DNA of 64,000 nucleotides from a virus: IMG/VR virus record IMGVR_UViG_3300050034_000403, positions 25,229 to 89,228 of that record; one strand, 5' to 3'. Shown piece by piece: positions 36,664 to 45,918 of this stretch (position 1 is its first letter; each line of letters starts with the position of its first letter). The notes under the pieces were generated by a model. It saw only the letters and a program-made list of their open reading frames with translations, ran no database searches and was not told where the DNA came from. The position numbers and the translations under genes were made by a program.

Positions 36664-37967
36664 GTTGCATCTATGCGATGCACTTCAACTGCATTGCTAC
36701 CGATATGGTAGCGCTGTCGCTACGGATTTCGCGTTGCACTTATCCAGTGCACTTCAACTGCATTACTACGCTGGTGGGTCCTTGTAAGTTGCATCTACGC
36801 GATGCACTCAAACTGCTTTGATGCTTGCTACCTTTTGGCACATTTCCATTTTTCCAGTAGTTGCATCTATGCGATGCACTGAGACTATTTTGCGACACGG
36901 AGTTGAATCAAGAAGCAATAAGCCTGTTGCATCTATGCGATGCACTTTGACTGCTTTGCTATCCCACTAATAAGCCTTTGCAGGATCATTTTCCCAGTTG
37001 CATCTGCTCGATGCACTTTAACTACCTTGCGACCATGTGAGAATGCTGGTGGCTCTCTCTTGACGAAGTTGCATCTGCTCGATGCACTCAAACTACATTG
37101 CGACACGGCTACGGAAGCCGTCTTGCTGCTGCTATGAATGTTGCATCTGTTCGATGCACTTTAACTACCTTGCGACGACTGTTTATGCTTTTGAACTCAC
37201 ACACTACGACCGTTGCATCTGTTCGATGCACTGAAACTACATTGCGACAGCAGAAAAAATCGAGAAATGATTCCGATACCATGTTGCATCTGCTCGATGC
37301 ACTGAAACTACCTTGCGACGAAACCTGGAAAACCTGTCCACCGGGACCGTAATAGTTGCATCTGCTCGATGCACTAAAACTATCTTGCGACGTTCGACTT
37401 CAGCCAAGAGAGACATGACCGCGAGTGTTGCATCTGTTCGATGCACTTAAACTATCTTGCGACCCTATAATTTGTCCAGACACTAGCGTCCACAACCGTT
37501 GCATCTGTTCGATGCACTGAAACTGCCTTGCGACGCATGTACTCCCAAAGCGTGTACTCTTGATGCAAGTTGCATCTGTTCGATGCACTGAAACTACATT
37601 GCGGCTTGGTGAGCCCTTGGAAAGTGTTAGCAGGTCATCAAGGTTGCATCTGTTCAATGCACTGAAACTATCTTGCGGCATGATCGAGCAGTTGAGCAAT
37701 ACAAGGTGCGATACGCGTTGCATCTGTTCGATGCACTTTAACTACCTTGCGACACGAAATTGCGGGACTCTTTTACCAGGTGATGGATGTTGCATCTGTT
37801 CGATGCACTGAAACTACATTGCGACCTAAACATCACCATGCAGGACAAGCTCGACCTCCAGTTGCATCTGTTCGATGCACTGAAACTACATTGTGACTCG
37901 CCACCTTCGGAAGAAACAAGAAGACCAGAAGTTGCATCTGTTCGATGCACTGAAACTACATTGCGGC
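36664..37967 (-). CRISPR. CRISPR array 2: 19 repeats, 18 spacers (mostly 32-37 nt; one 18 nt and one 29 nt)
   Basis: 37-nt repeat GTTGCATCTGTTCGATGCACTGAAACTACATTGCGAC on +, uniform at the right end and degenerate at the left; leader on the right. Confidence 0.97.
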
Positions 37968-38150
37968 TGCGCTCATTATAACGCTTTGCGATTGAAGAAG
38001 ATCAAGGACGTTTTTCGCGAACCTCGCAAATCTGCGCTCTTCTAGTTGGGATGCTCGATACAATGCCCTCATTATCTCCTTCAAAATCATTTTCTTACGC
38101 CTTGCGCGAACCTCCCGCCTTTTTCCGGCCGCTTAGGGTTCGCGGAAAAC
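37968..38150 (-). promoter_or_regulatory. CRISPR leader of array 2
   Basis: Minus strand reads CGCGAACCC...GGAGGTTCGCG...AT-rich...GAGGTTCGCGAAAAA...TATAAT, 7 nt before the repeat. This inverted/direct GCGAACC layout is characteristic of type I-C/I-D-like leaders. Confidence 0.8.
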
Positions 38151-38154
38151 CAGC

Positions 38155-38700
38155 TCAAATCGTCGGTTGATACGTGCCGGCCATCAATTGCTTGGCGATC
38201 ACGTCGTTTTGGTTGGGCCATGCCGCACGGCGCGCCAACCCTTCTCGCTGCGCTTCCCGCACCGCATCCGCTTTGATCCATCGATCATAACTCTGGTACT
38301 GGATCAGCCGCATCCATTCCAGCACCAGCGTGCTGATCGCTTGATTCACAGCCGCCAGCGTGCCCGGTCCAAAAAGGCCATCCACCTCCACAGTGTGGCC
38401 CGCATGGATCAGCGCGGCCTGCAAATGCTCAATACCGGTCTCTGTGCCCTGGTTTACCCCATCGTCAAGCAGCTTGGTGGCCACGTCCTGGTTCACGATC
38501 TGGCTGTAGAGCGGATTCCAAAAATACTTCAGATAAAGCGCGGTCGCTTCCTCGGCCGTCTTTGGCTGGGCAATCTTAAGAAGCTTGCACGTGGCCGCTG
38601 ACCATCCGAACTTGGTCTTGCCGCCAGGGTCACCCTTCAGGGTTCCCACGCCCCCCTCATGCGCCAGCACCACCTTGATCGCCACATTGAAATCAGCCAT
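38155..38700 (-). CDS. Endolysin, glycoside hydrolase family 108 with a peptidoglycan-binding domain
   Basis: HEGG....DPGGKTKFG, Y.KYFW, LLDDGVNQG, LQ.AL.....VDGLFGPGTLAA. Confidence 0.88.
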   Translation of the reverse strand: MADFNVAIKVVLAHEGGVGTLKGDPGGKTKFGWSAATCKLLKIAQPKTAEEATALYLKYFWNPLYSQIVNQDVATKLLDDGVNQGTETGIEHLQAALIHAGHTVEVDGLFGPGTLAAVNQAISTLVLEWMRLIQYQSYDRWIKADAVREAQREGLARRAAWPNQNDVIAKQLMAGTYQPTI

Positions 38701-39232
38701 GCACCAGCTCTCCCTGCCCCAGCAAAAAGCTTTCGTACGCCCGCAAGACGTGCGCCTTGCCCACAGGCTGGCAGCGGTCGATGAAGAATACGCCGTCAAG
38801 ATGATCGATTTCATGTTGCACAATCCGTGCGGCCGCGCCCCGATAAATGGTGAGATTTTCAGCGTCAGGCTCTTCGAGGGTGCCATTGCGCACATGCACA
38901 ATCTCGCTACGCCATATTCTGGCCTTGGCCCGCTCGGTCGGCGGCAAACTCAGGCAGCTTTCCGTCGCCAGAAAATCCTTTCCTGCCCAGTTCACAATCT
39001 CTGGATTAATCAACACCTGAATTTCGTTCGACGGGGGCAACTTCACCACCGCCAGTTGCAGAAAGACGCCTACCTGCGGGGCAGACAGTCCGGTGCCGTC
39101 GTGTTGTTGCATCAGGCGCAACATCTGGCGGATCAACACGCGCACATTGTCCGACTTTTGTACGCGTCGACAGGCTCTGCCTGCGAGTTCTCTGTGGTAA
39201 AAATTCAGCGACAACTTTCCCAAGCGCGGCAT
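38693..39232 (-). CDS. def: Peptide deformylase
   Basis: Motifs GTGLSAPQVG, INPEI, ESCLSLP (EGCLS variant), QHEIDHLDG. Confidence 0.92.
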   Translation of the reverse strand: MPRLGKLSLNFYHRELAGRACRRVQKSDNVRVLIRQMLRLMQQHDGTGLSAPQVGVFLQLAVVKLPPSNEIQVLINPEIVNWAGKDFLATESCLSLPPTERAKARIWRSEIVHVRNGTLEEPDAENLTIYRGAAARIVQHEIDHLDGVFFIDRCQPVGKAHVLRAYESFLLGQGELVHG

Positions 39233-39235
39233 AGG

Positions 39236-39514
39236 CTATCCCTTGCTTCCTTGGTCCCATCCATATTTTTCGATGTATTCGCGGTCGCACTCGACAGAGC
39301 CACATTGCAAAAGCTCTTTCTCTGAAGCAGCCACCGCGTAAAGGCAATCCAGCAAGATAGGAAACGCCTCTGGAGTGTTTTTCAGCTTTCGTTGCGCATT
39401 CTTCAGGTCTGTGGTGACAGTGCGTTCAGACACACCCATCCGCTCCGCAATCACGCGGACAGGCATTACTCCATTTGCAAATTCTTCATAGGTTTTTCTT
39501 CCGCGCTTGCCCAT
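39236..39514 (-). CDS. Sigma70 region 4-like HTH protein (candidate late or lysis regulator)
   Basis: IAERMGVSERTV...LKNAQRKLK. Confidence 0.65.
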   Translation of the reverse strand: MGKRGRKTYEEFANGVMPVRVIAERMGVSERTVTTDLKNAQRKLKNTPEAFPILLDCLYAVAASEKELLQCGSVECDREYIEKYGWDQGSKG

Positions 39515-39701
39515 GCCGCTCGCTCCTCGGTGCACGATGCGCAGTGTATGCGCAGTGCTGGAGCGGATTATAAACAGGCATGTTTGTAAAACTCTTCGAG
39601 GTCGAAGAAAGGCGAGAAAGGTTCTATTTGGATCGAAAAAAAGGAAGCGTTGGCAGAGTAGCCACGTTGACATCTGTAAACTATAGCGATACAGTTCCTA
39701 T

Positions 39702-39980
39702 ATGATTAAGTCGTTCCGGCATGCCGGGCTGGAAAAGTTTTTCAAGACCGGCAGCAAGGCCGGGATTCAGCCACATCATGCTGCAAAGTTGGAAGAGCAG
39801 CTATCTCTTCTCAACCGCGCAAGGAGTCCCGACGATTTGGCAAAGCCTGTGTCGTGGGGATTGCATCAGTTGCATGGCAAAGAGAAACACTGGTCAATAC
39901 GGGTAAACGGAAACTGGCGGTTGACCTTTACCTTCGATGGCGAGGATGTAATTCTCTTGGACTATAAGGATTACCACTAA
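39702..39980 (+). CDS. higB: HigB (RelE-family) toxin
   Basis: MIKSFRHAGLEKFF.TG..AGI...LHQLHG...WSIRVNGNWRLTF.F.......DY.DYH. Confidence 0.93.
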   Translation: MIKSFRHAGLEKFFKTGSKAGIQPHHAAKLEEQLSLLNRARSPDDLAKPVSWGLHQLHGKEKHWSIRVNGNWRLTFTFDGEDVILLDYKDYH

Positions 39981-39989
39981 GGGGAGAAA

Positions 39990-40274
39990 ATGCCTACTGA
40001 AATGTACAACCCGGCTCATCCTGGCCGTGTGCTGCGCGACTACTTGGAAGGTGTGAATATCACGCATTTTGCAAAGCACATCGGCGTATCCCGCGTGACG
40101 CTTTCCAAGGTGCTCAACTGTCGTGGGGGCATCACGGCGGAAATGTCCATCCGGCTTTCTGCTGCGCTAGGGACGCACCCGAGCCTGTGGTTTGAGATGC
40201 AAACCGACTACGATTTTGCTCAAGCGAGGAAAAAGAAAATCCCAAAGATTCCTCTCTTCAGCAAGGCCGCGTAG
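39990..40274 (+). CDS. higA: HigA antitoxin
   Basis: HPGRVLRDYL...FAKHIGVSRVTLS...GITAEMSIRL..ALGT.P.LW..MQ..YD. Confidence 0.93.
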   Translation: MPTEMYNPAHPGRVLRDYLEGVNITHFAKHIGVSRVTLSKVLNCRGGITAEMSIRLSAALGTHPSLWFEMQTDYDFAQARKKKIPKIPLFSKAA

Positions 40275-40292
40275 GCATACGCGGCCGGGGAT

Positions 40293-40712
40293 TTAGTTCA
40301 TTTTAGAAAGGTCGTCAGGCTCCTGAAATGCGACCTTCACCTTGCATACGACGTGTTGCGGTTCAACCGCCGCATCTGCCATATTCATGCCTTTTGAGTT
40401 CACAGAACGAAACAAAAAACCCAACAGTTTCTTGTTGTTACTTGTCAGTGTCGCTATGCAGTCTTTCTGCAGCTTGACAACACGAAACCACGCAAGATTT
40501 CTAAAGGTAAGGCAAACGCATAAAGCCGATGCTACTAGCGCAAGTGGCCAGAGCATCGGCTTTTTGTGCAAATAGTCAGAGTAAATACATGCTCCCACCG
40601 ACACGAGCCACACGCTAACAGTCAAGTCGTAGACGGCAAAAAGCACCGACCGCCAAAGGAATGGCAGACATTCCCAAGCGGCTTCCGTCCGATTTCTGAT
40701 CTCTTTGATCAT
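40293..40712 (-). CDS. Two-TM membrane protein
   Basis: Two hydrophobic segments, 139 aa. Confidence 0.5.
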   Translation of the reverse strand: MIKEIRNRTEAAWECLPFLWRSVLFAVYDLTVSVWLVSVGACIYSDYLHKKPMLWPLALVASALCVCLTFRNLAWFRVVKLQKDCIATLTSNNKKLLGFLFRSVNSKGMNMADAAVEPQHVVCKVKVAFQEPDDLSKMN

Positions 40713-40972
40713 GGGTCTTCTCTTTCTGTGGTCCGGAATCTGGACTGCGGTTCAGCGGGCTTTTTCTACCTTCACCCAAGGATACCCGACCGGCGTGCAA
40801 ACAAGTTCGGGGTCGTGGCACAGACTGTTAAAGATCCCCGCACGCGTATCGCTGGCTGTGGCCTCAAACACGGAATACCGTCCAATCTCCAGTACGCGGG
40901 CTTTGACGCTCTCGTAGGTCAGGTTCTTCTTCATGTCCATGGTCGATTCAAAGTGGTCGACACAAGCTTTGT

Positions 40973-41221
40973 TCATATCCAAACCTCTACGATGCAAGGG
41001 TCGTCATTCTCGTAGCGTTCCAAGCAAAAGAGTCCAGGCGGAACGTGCTTCCGAATCTCGGGGAGCGTATCGGCCAAAGCCACATCGTCGGTCGGGAAAA
41101 AGTCGCCGGCCGTAATGCCCCAGCGCCGCATCACAAAGTGGTCAGGATAATCGCGCGGATGGTCATAGATCACCCACTGGGAAATTTCAGAGTGCGGCTT
41201 GGCTGTCGAATCGTTTTCCAT
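40973..41221 (-). CDS. Hypothetical protein directly downstream of array 3
   Basis: MENDS start with GAGG RBS; WVIYDHPRDYPD.FV.RRW...DDPCIVEVW. Confidence 0.65.
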   Translation of the reverse strand: MENDSTAKPHSEISQWVIYDHPRDYPDHFVMRRWGITAGDFFPTDDVALADTLPEIRKHVPPGLFCLERYENDDPCIVEVWI

Positions 41222-41252
41222 TGTTCCTCTAGATTTACGGCTTCTTGTATCT

Positions 41253-41986
41253 GTTGCATCTATCCGATGCACTGCAACTGCATTGCTACGATGTCCATCC
41301 TAGCCAGTTTCCCATTGTTGGTTGCATCTACGCGATGCACTCAAACTACCTTGCGACCGGAGACTACGGTGTTGCCCACCCTGATCTAGTTGTTGCATCT
41401 GTTCGATGCACTTAAACTACCTTGCTACCCCACGCCCACGTTGCTTTGAAGCGGTTGCCGTTGTTGCATCTATCCGATGCACTAAGACTATCTTGCTACA
41501 CGTTTGCAGATTACCGTTATCGCATCTGGGGCGTTGCATCTATGCGATGCACTTTGACTGCTTTGTTACCTGGCAGTACACGCATGCGTGACAGTTCGAA
41601 CAGTTGCATCTACTCGATGCACTTCAACTGCTTTGCTACGAAGCGGATGTGCTATTCGCTGGGTATCTTAATGGTTGCATCTACGCGATGCACTCAAACT
41701 GCCTTGCGACCAAATGCTGGAATTTGTGAATGCAGCTTTAAAACGTTGCATCTGTTCGATGCACTTCAACTACCTTGCGACATTGACCGAAGGTCAAGCA
41801 ACTCATGCTAAGTACGTTGCATCTACTCGATGCACTGAAACTACCTTGCGACCAGCGAGACAGGTTCATCACTGGCGAGTCGTTGAAGTTGCATCTACGC
41901 GATGCACTCAAACTACATTGCGACCAGTATTTCGACCGCATGAATCGCTTTGCCATGGTTGCATCTGCTCGATGCACTTCAACTAC
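41253..41986 (-). CRISPR. CRISPR array 3: 11 repeats (rightmost truncated), 10 spacers of 31-35 nt, no leader
   Basis: Repeat starts at 41253, 41321, 41392, 41463, 41533, 41603, 41674, 41745, 41816, 41888 and 41958; nearly every repeat is a different variant. Confidence 0.95.
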
Positions 41987-42021
41987 TGGGAGTGCACCCG
42001 AGGGGTACACTCCCACTTTGT

Positions 42022-42561
42022 TTACCGCTTGGTCAACTCGGCAAGATTGGCCGCCACAAGCCGGACAAACTCCTGCTCCGGCAGCTCGTTTTCCCGAGCG
42101 ATCTGGGCAGCCAGGCTTTCCAGTTTGCCCATCGCATAGCCCACCATCGCGGGAGGAATCGGCGCAATTTCCAGCTGCTTCTTCACCACGACCGCGATCT
42201 CGCCTTGCGGCGCCACCACAGGAATCGGCTTCTTATGGTAACTTCTCTTCGACGCTGCGACGGTGTTCTTCTTCCCTTCTTGCTTTCGCTTAAGAGAGGA
42301 CAAAGTAGCAGGCGATGAACCATGGACACCATGCTTCGCGAAGCGATGTATTCCATAGCCACGTGTGTCTTTGAATCCAGTCATCCCGCATTCTGGGCAC
42401 TTCAATGTTGCCGGATCTGGTTTGGCGATTGGACTTGTCATTGTCATCTCCTCGGTATCGATAATCGATGCTTCCGTTTGTTCGTTTGTTTCAATCCGCG
42501 CGCCCAGGTGAGGCGCGATCTCTCCATCTTCTTCAAGAGGTGTATCTTGATGCGCTTCCAT
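42022..42561 (-). CDS. C2H2-type zinc-finger protein
   Basis: CPECG..GF...RGYGIHRFAKH. Confidence 0.6.
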   Translation of the reverse strand: MEAHQDTPLEEDGEIAPHLGARIETNEQTEASIIDTEEMTMTSPIAKPDPATLKCPECGMTGFKDTRGYGIHRFAKHGVHGSSPATLSSLKRKQEGKKNTVAASKRSYHKKPIPVVAPQGEIAVVVKKQLEIAPIPPAMVGYAMGKLESLAAQIARENELPEQEFVRLVAANLAELTKR

Positions 42562-42653
42562 CCTATATCCTCGTGGAACAAAATTCGTTAGAAAAATACA
42601 CCGTTTTTGCGTTATTCCGTACACAGACAATCAACAGACGTTTTTACCGCTCG

Positions 42654-43028
42654 TTATGGCTCATCTGCCCACGGCGACAAACCATATTTTTCCCACTTGG
42701 GGTCAAAGCGGCAATTCGCCGGTGCACCTTCAAAAAGCGGCGCGATCTGCTCATCGGAGAACCCGGCTAAGCCACAACCAATCCGCACCACGTGGAACTC
42801 CAAATCCGTGTGCGCCCGCGCATACTCCAGAAACATGTCAACACTGGCTTGAATGTCGATCAGTCGCCGCACTTTGTACGGAGTGATCTTTGTCGGAATC
42901 GCATAGGCATTGCCCGTGCGGCCTTCGCCCACACCAAACTTCGCGCCATATTCCCGCGCGGCAATCTTCGCCGTGCCTGCGCCATGTATTCCACGCTGAT
43001 TCGATCCAAAACAAAAGATTTTATCCAT
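42654..43028 (-). CDS. Macro-domain-like phage protein (A1S_2505-like family)
   Basis: IFCFGSN..GIHGAGTA..A...YGA..GVGEG.TGNAYAIPTK...F.V..IGCGLAG.....IAPLF. Confidence 0.75.
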   Translation of the reverse strand: MDKIFCFGSNQRGIHGAGTAKIAAREYGAKFGVGEGRTGNAYAIPTKITPYKVRRLIDIQASVDMFLEYARAHTDLEFHVVRIGCGLAGFSDEQIAPLFEGAPANCRFDPKWEKYGLSPWADEP

Positions 43029-43037
43029 GGTGCCTTC

Positions 43038-43763
43038 TCAGCTTTCAAAAAGTCGCTTGAGCGCCGGACGCTCCTCGGCTGGTCGACGATCTCGGTCTGC
43101 TTCGTCCATAAAGTCTTTGGGAAGTTGAGCCGCATCAAGAGCGGTAAAAACCTTGGCCAAGCTCGGCTTATTCTCGCTCTCCAACCTCCGAAAAACCACG
43201 CGCCACACCCAGGTCTCCGGGGTTATCCCCGCACTTTCGTCCATCGCATCGTTGGACTTGATCTCACGCATGCGCTGCGCATGCACCTCTGTCACTTCGA
43301 GCGAAAGCTGCGATGCCCAACGGGGCATTGCAACAGAGCTGCGCCATACGTTGTCCGATGCTCCGCACCCGCATTCTTCCGGTTTTTTGCTGGGGTGGTC
43401 AGACAAGAAGATGACGCGCTTGCGCCAGTAATCCAACAACACGGGGTCTTTTTCTACCTTCCATGAAACCGGCATTCTGTACTTTTCCAGCACTTGCGGA
43501 TGCGGTTCCACACGCGCCCACACCTGCCGAACCCAAAGCAGATCACCAGGGGCTCCGTACGGGCAACGCCACCTCTCTTCATCGGCGCTGTACCAGTGCA
43601 ACGAAGTCGCGAAATCTTGAATTAAGGTTTCTCCCGGCGGTTGGGGATAGATAGGCCTAGCCATTTGCGTGATCAAGCCACGCTTGATTTTATTGACGCT
43701 TTCCGAGGGAAACGTAACCGACCGCCAGCTAGGTTTTCGATTCCCAAAAAGTTGTTTTGTCAT
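43038..43763 (-). CDS. ASCH-like phage protein
   Basis: CPYGAPGDLLWVR..W, WRSSVAMPRWASQL.LEVTEVH.QR..EI...DA..E...WVW.V.F. Confidence 0.7.
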   Translation of the reverse strand: MTKQLFGNRKPSWRSVTFPSESVNKIKRGLITQMARPIYPQPPGETLIQDFATSLHWYSADEERWRCPYGAPGDLLWVRQVWARVEPHPQVLEKYRMPVSWKVEKDPVLLDYWRKRVIFLSDHPSKKPEECGCGASDNVWRSSVAMPRWASQLSLEVTEVHAQRMREIKSNDAMDESAGITPETWVWRVVFRRLESENKPSLAKVFTALDAAQLPKDFMDEADRDRRPAEERPALKRLFES

Positions 43764-43771
43764 CACTTTGC

Positions 43772-44116
43772 CTATCTTACCAAGTGGACGTAAACCTCCA
43801 GACCCTTCGCCCGAGCCGTCTTGATCATGTGCTCGGTACCGCGGCTTTTGCCGTCCCACAGCGCGATCAGCGCTTCGCCGTATTCTGCCATTTGCACATT
43901 GCGCAGGTATCCGGCCTGACCGCCGTTCCGTTCCCAATTGGCAGGGAAACTGACAACCGGAATTCCGCGACGTTGTGCCCACCAGTTGCCGAGCCGGTCA
44001 GCTCCGCGCGCTTCGCCGCATACCACTTCGGTGATCTTGAATCCAGATTCGCGAATCGCATCATAAAGCAGCTGTATATCGGTCATCGTTCGGCTGCCAG
44101 CAATAATGGTTTTCAC
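43772..44116 (-). CDS. YspA/DUF2493 SLOG-family protein
   Basis: IIAGSR...EVVCGEARGADRLG..WA...FPANW...G..AGYLRN.QM...LIALWDGKSRGT.HMI. Confidence 0.85.
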   Translation of the reverse strand: MKTIIAGSRTMTDIQLLYDAIRESGFKITEVVCGEARGADRLGNWWAQRRGIPVVSFPANWERNGGQAGYLRNVQMAEYGEALIALWDGKSRGTEHMIKTARAKGLEVYVHLVR

Positions 44117-44255
44117 AACGCCACCTCACTTGCTCCGGGCTCTCACTTTTTCTTCAAGCCAGCGCGCGAAGCGATCCGCAAAGTGCCAAGCGCCCAGAGC
44201 CAAGCAGCAACTCACCACGGTAGCTCCAAAAAGCGCCCAAACGTCCCCCATGGCT

Positions 44256-44473
44256 TCAGTTCTCCTTGTTCTTGATCTCCCAAATATCCTCCACGGAAAG
44301 ATGCAAAAAACGAGCCAATTTCAACGCGGTAGACAAGCTTACAGCACCATTCAGCTCTAGTCGTTTCACCACGGATACAGCAATCCCCGACTGCTTTGCG
44401 ACTTGATCCGCCGAAAGACCAGCTTCGTTGCGCAACGCGCGCAAATCCACTCGCAGAACTACCTCTTCTTCCA
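44256..44473 (-). CDS. XRE-family HTH regulator
   Basis: LRALRNEAGLS..QVA..SGI.......LE......L.TALKLARFL.LSVEDIW. Confidence 0.75.
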
Positions 44474-44627
44474 TCTCTGTCCTCGGTCCGCAATTTTTGA
44501 GCGATTTCGATGCTCCCAAATTTTAATCGCTTTCCACAATACCCATTTTGAACCGAAAAAACCACAAAAATCATAGAACATAGGATTTTCCCGCATTATG
44601 GGCGCAAATTAAAAGCGACAGAACATT

Positions 44628-44822
44628 TTAACTTTTCGGAGGTTTCACTTGTGTCTGTTCCGGTTTTACACGTGGCCACGTCCGCCGATCTTCTCCCCCA
44701 GAATTCCAACGCCAACTTCTGCATTTGCGATTCCAGCATCGCTCAGGCAAAGGCTTTGCCTTGTCATACACTTCCTTCGCCCCGCAAACATCACACACCA
44801 AAATATCGCCATTGGTAATCAT
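44628..44822 (-). CDS. Small zinc-finger protein (paralog of 21934..22215)
   Basis: CDVCG...KPLPERCWNRKCRSWRWNSG. Confidence 0.55.
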   Translation of the reverse strand: MITNGDILVCDVCGAKEVYDKAKPLPERCWNRKCRSWRWNSGGEDRRTWPRVKPEQTQVKPPKS

Positions 44823-44916
44823 TTCATCACTTTACCCAATTGAGCATTTTTTTGCCAACCATTCAGGAACGTTTGGCCTAAATATCAGGTACAATGTCCC
44901 CACAAGGAGGATACAG

Positions 44917-45534
44917 ATGCGTGTTGCAATTTACAGTTGCACCCCCATAAAGGATGATCCACACATCGCCGAAAACCAGATTCAGCGCATGGAAGAGATG
45001 GTACTGCGCTATGGCTGGAGAACGACACACATCTACCGCGATCTTGTGACCTCCCCGGGCGCGGATCGCGATGCTTACAAGAAGATGCTGCTGGACGCGA
45101 AACAGCATCATTTTGATGCGCTCATCTTCTGGACGCTCAACCAGCTCACTCGTCAAAATGCCAACAATACCATATTGCTTCTGCACAAACTCTCTTGTTG
45201 GAATGTCGGATTCTGTTCTTATACAGAGCGGCACCTGGATTCCTGCCACACCTCAAGGGAGACAGTGTTCGCGATTATCGCCCTACTGGTTGAGCAAAAC
45301 AGCGTTTACATCGGAGAAAAAACGCGCATTGGCATTGAGAAACAACAGCAGATGCATACACCAGGCCCCAACGGACGATTCGGCCCCGGCAGGCCTCCGG
45401 CCGTCTTTGACCAAGAAAGGGCTCAGGAGCTTCGCGCAAAAGGGAAGTCGTATACCACCATAGCCACCGTTTGCGGCGTTTCAAAGGCAACGATTTCCAG
45501 GTACTTTAAAGAAGCGAGGGAACACTCAGTTTAG
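44917..45534 (+). CDS. Resolvase-fold protein with degenerate catalytic motifs and a C-terminal HTH
   Basis: MRVAIYSCTP in place of YxRvS and WTLNQLTR in place of LDRLxR; GRP arm and Hin-like HTH intact; AAGGAGG RBS. Confidence 0.75.
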   Translation: MRVAIYSCTPIKDDPHIAENQIQRMEEMVLRYGWRTTHIYRDLVTSPGADRDAYKKMLLDAKQHHFDALIFWTLNQLTRQNANNTILLLHKLSCWNVGFCSYTERHLDSCHTSRETVFAIIALLVEQNSVYIGEKTRIGIEKQQQMHTPGPNGRFGPGRPPAVFDQERAQELRAKGKSYTTIATVCGVSKATISRYFKEAREHSV

Positions 45535-45918
45535 GGCTGGATTAAAGCGACTGGCGCAATGCTTTTCTGCCTCCTTGCATTCTTCAACCAGATGGCGATG
45601 GCCTTCTAACGCTTCTTCCTTCGAGGTATACCGCCGCTGTTCTCCGTTGAGAGGACCACCAAACACCATCGTTTCCCAAAGCACCGGCTCGTGAAGGAGC
45701 GGATCTTGCAGACAAAATGAGAGGAACCTTTCGTCCAAACCGAGGAAGATAGTTGAGACTTTCCCCCAACTGAAGTTGGTGGTTGCCAAATGGCGATCAT
45801 GGGCTTCGAGCCATTCGGCCCATTTCAGCACATCGTGCTCGGGCACCGGATTGCCTTCGTCGTTCAAAACATACGAGCCAATCCACGGATGTTCAGATTC
45901 GTCCTCAGTACCCATCAT
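45526..45918 (-). CDS. Hypothetical phage protein
   Basis: VSTIFLGLD...LWETMVFGG.......RY....EA.EGH motif. Confidence 0.65.
   Translation of the reverse strand: MMGTEDESEHPWIGSYVLNDEGNPVPEHDVLKWAEWLEAHDRHLATTNFSWGKVSTIFLGLDERFLSFCLQDPLLHEPVLWETMVFGGPLNGEQRRYTSKEEALEGHRHLVEECKEAEKHCASRFNPALN

Noticed and set aside
36664-37967. Plus-strand orientation of the arrays (5' hairpin, ATTGCGAC 3' end resembling class 1 handles)
   Set aside because: Not excluded, but disfavoured. The leader motifs and TATAAT are on the right, degeneration increases leftwards, the ATTGCGAC end is variable and absent from most mini-array units, and the hairpin end is conserved.
36940-37981. Short ORFs containing LHLFDALKL or VASVRCT (also at 20.6-21.0, 41.4-42.0 and 63.4-64.0 kb)
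   Set aside because: They are translations of the CRISPR repeats, not genes.
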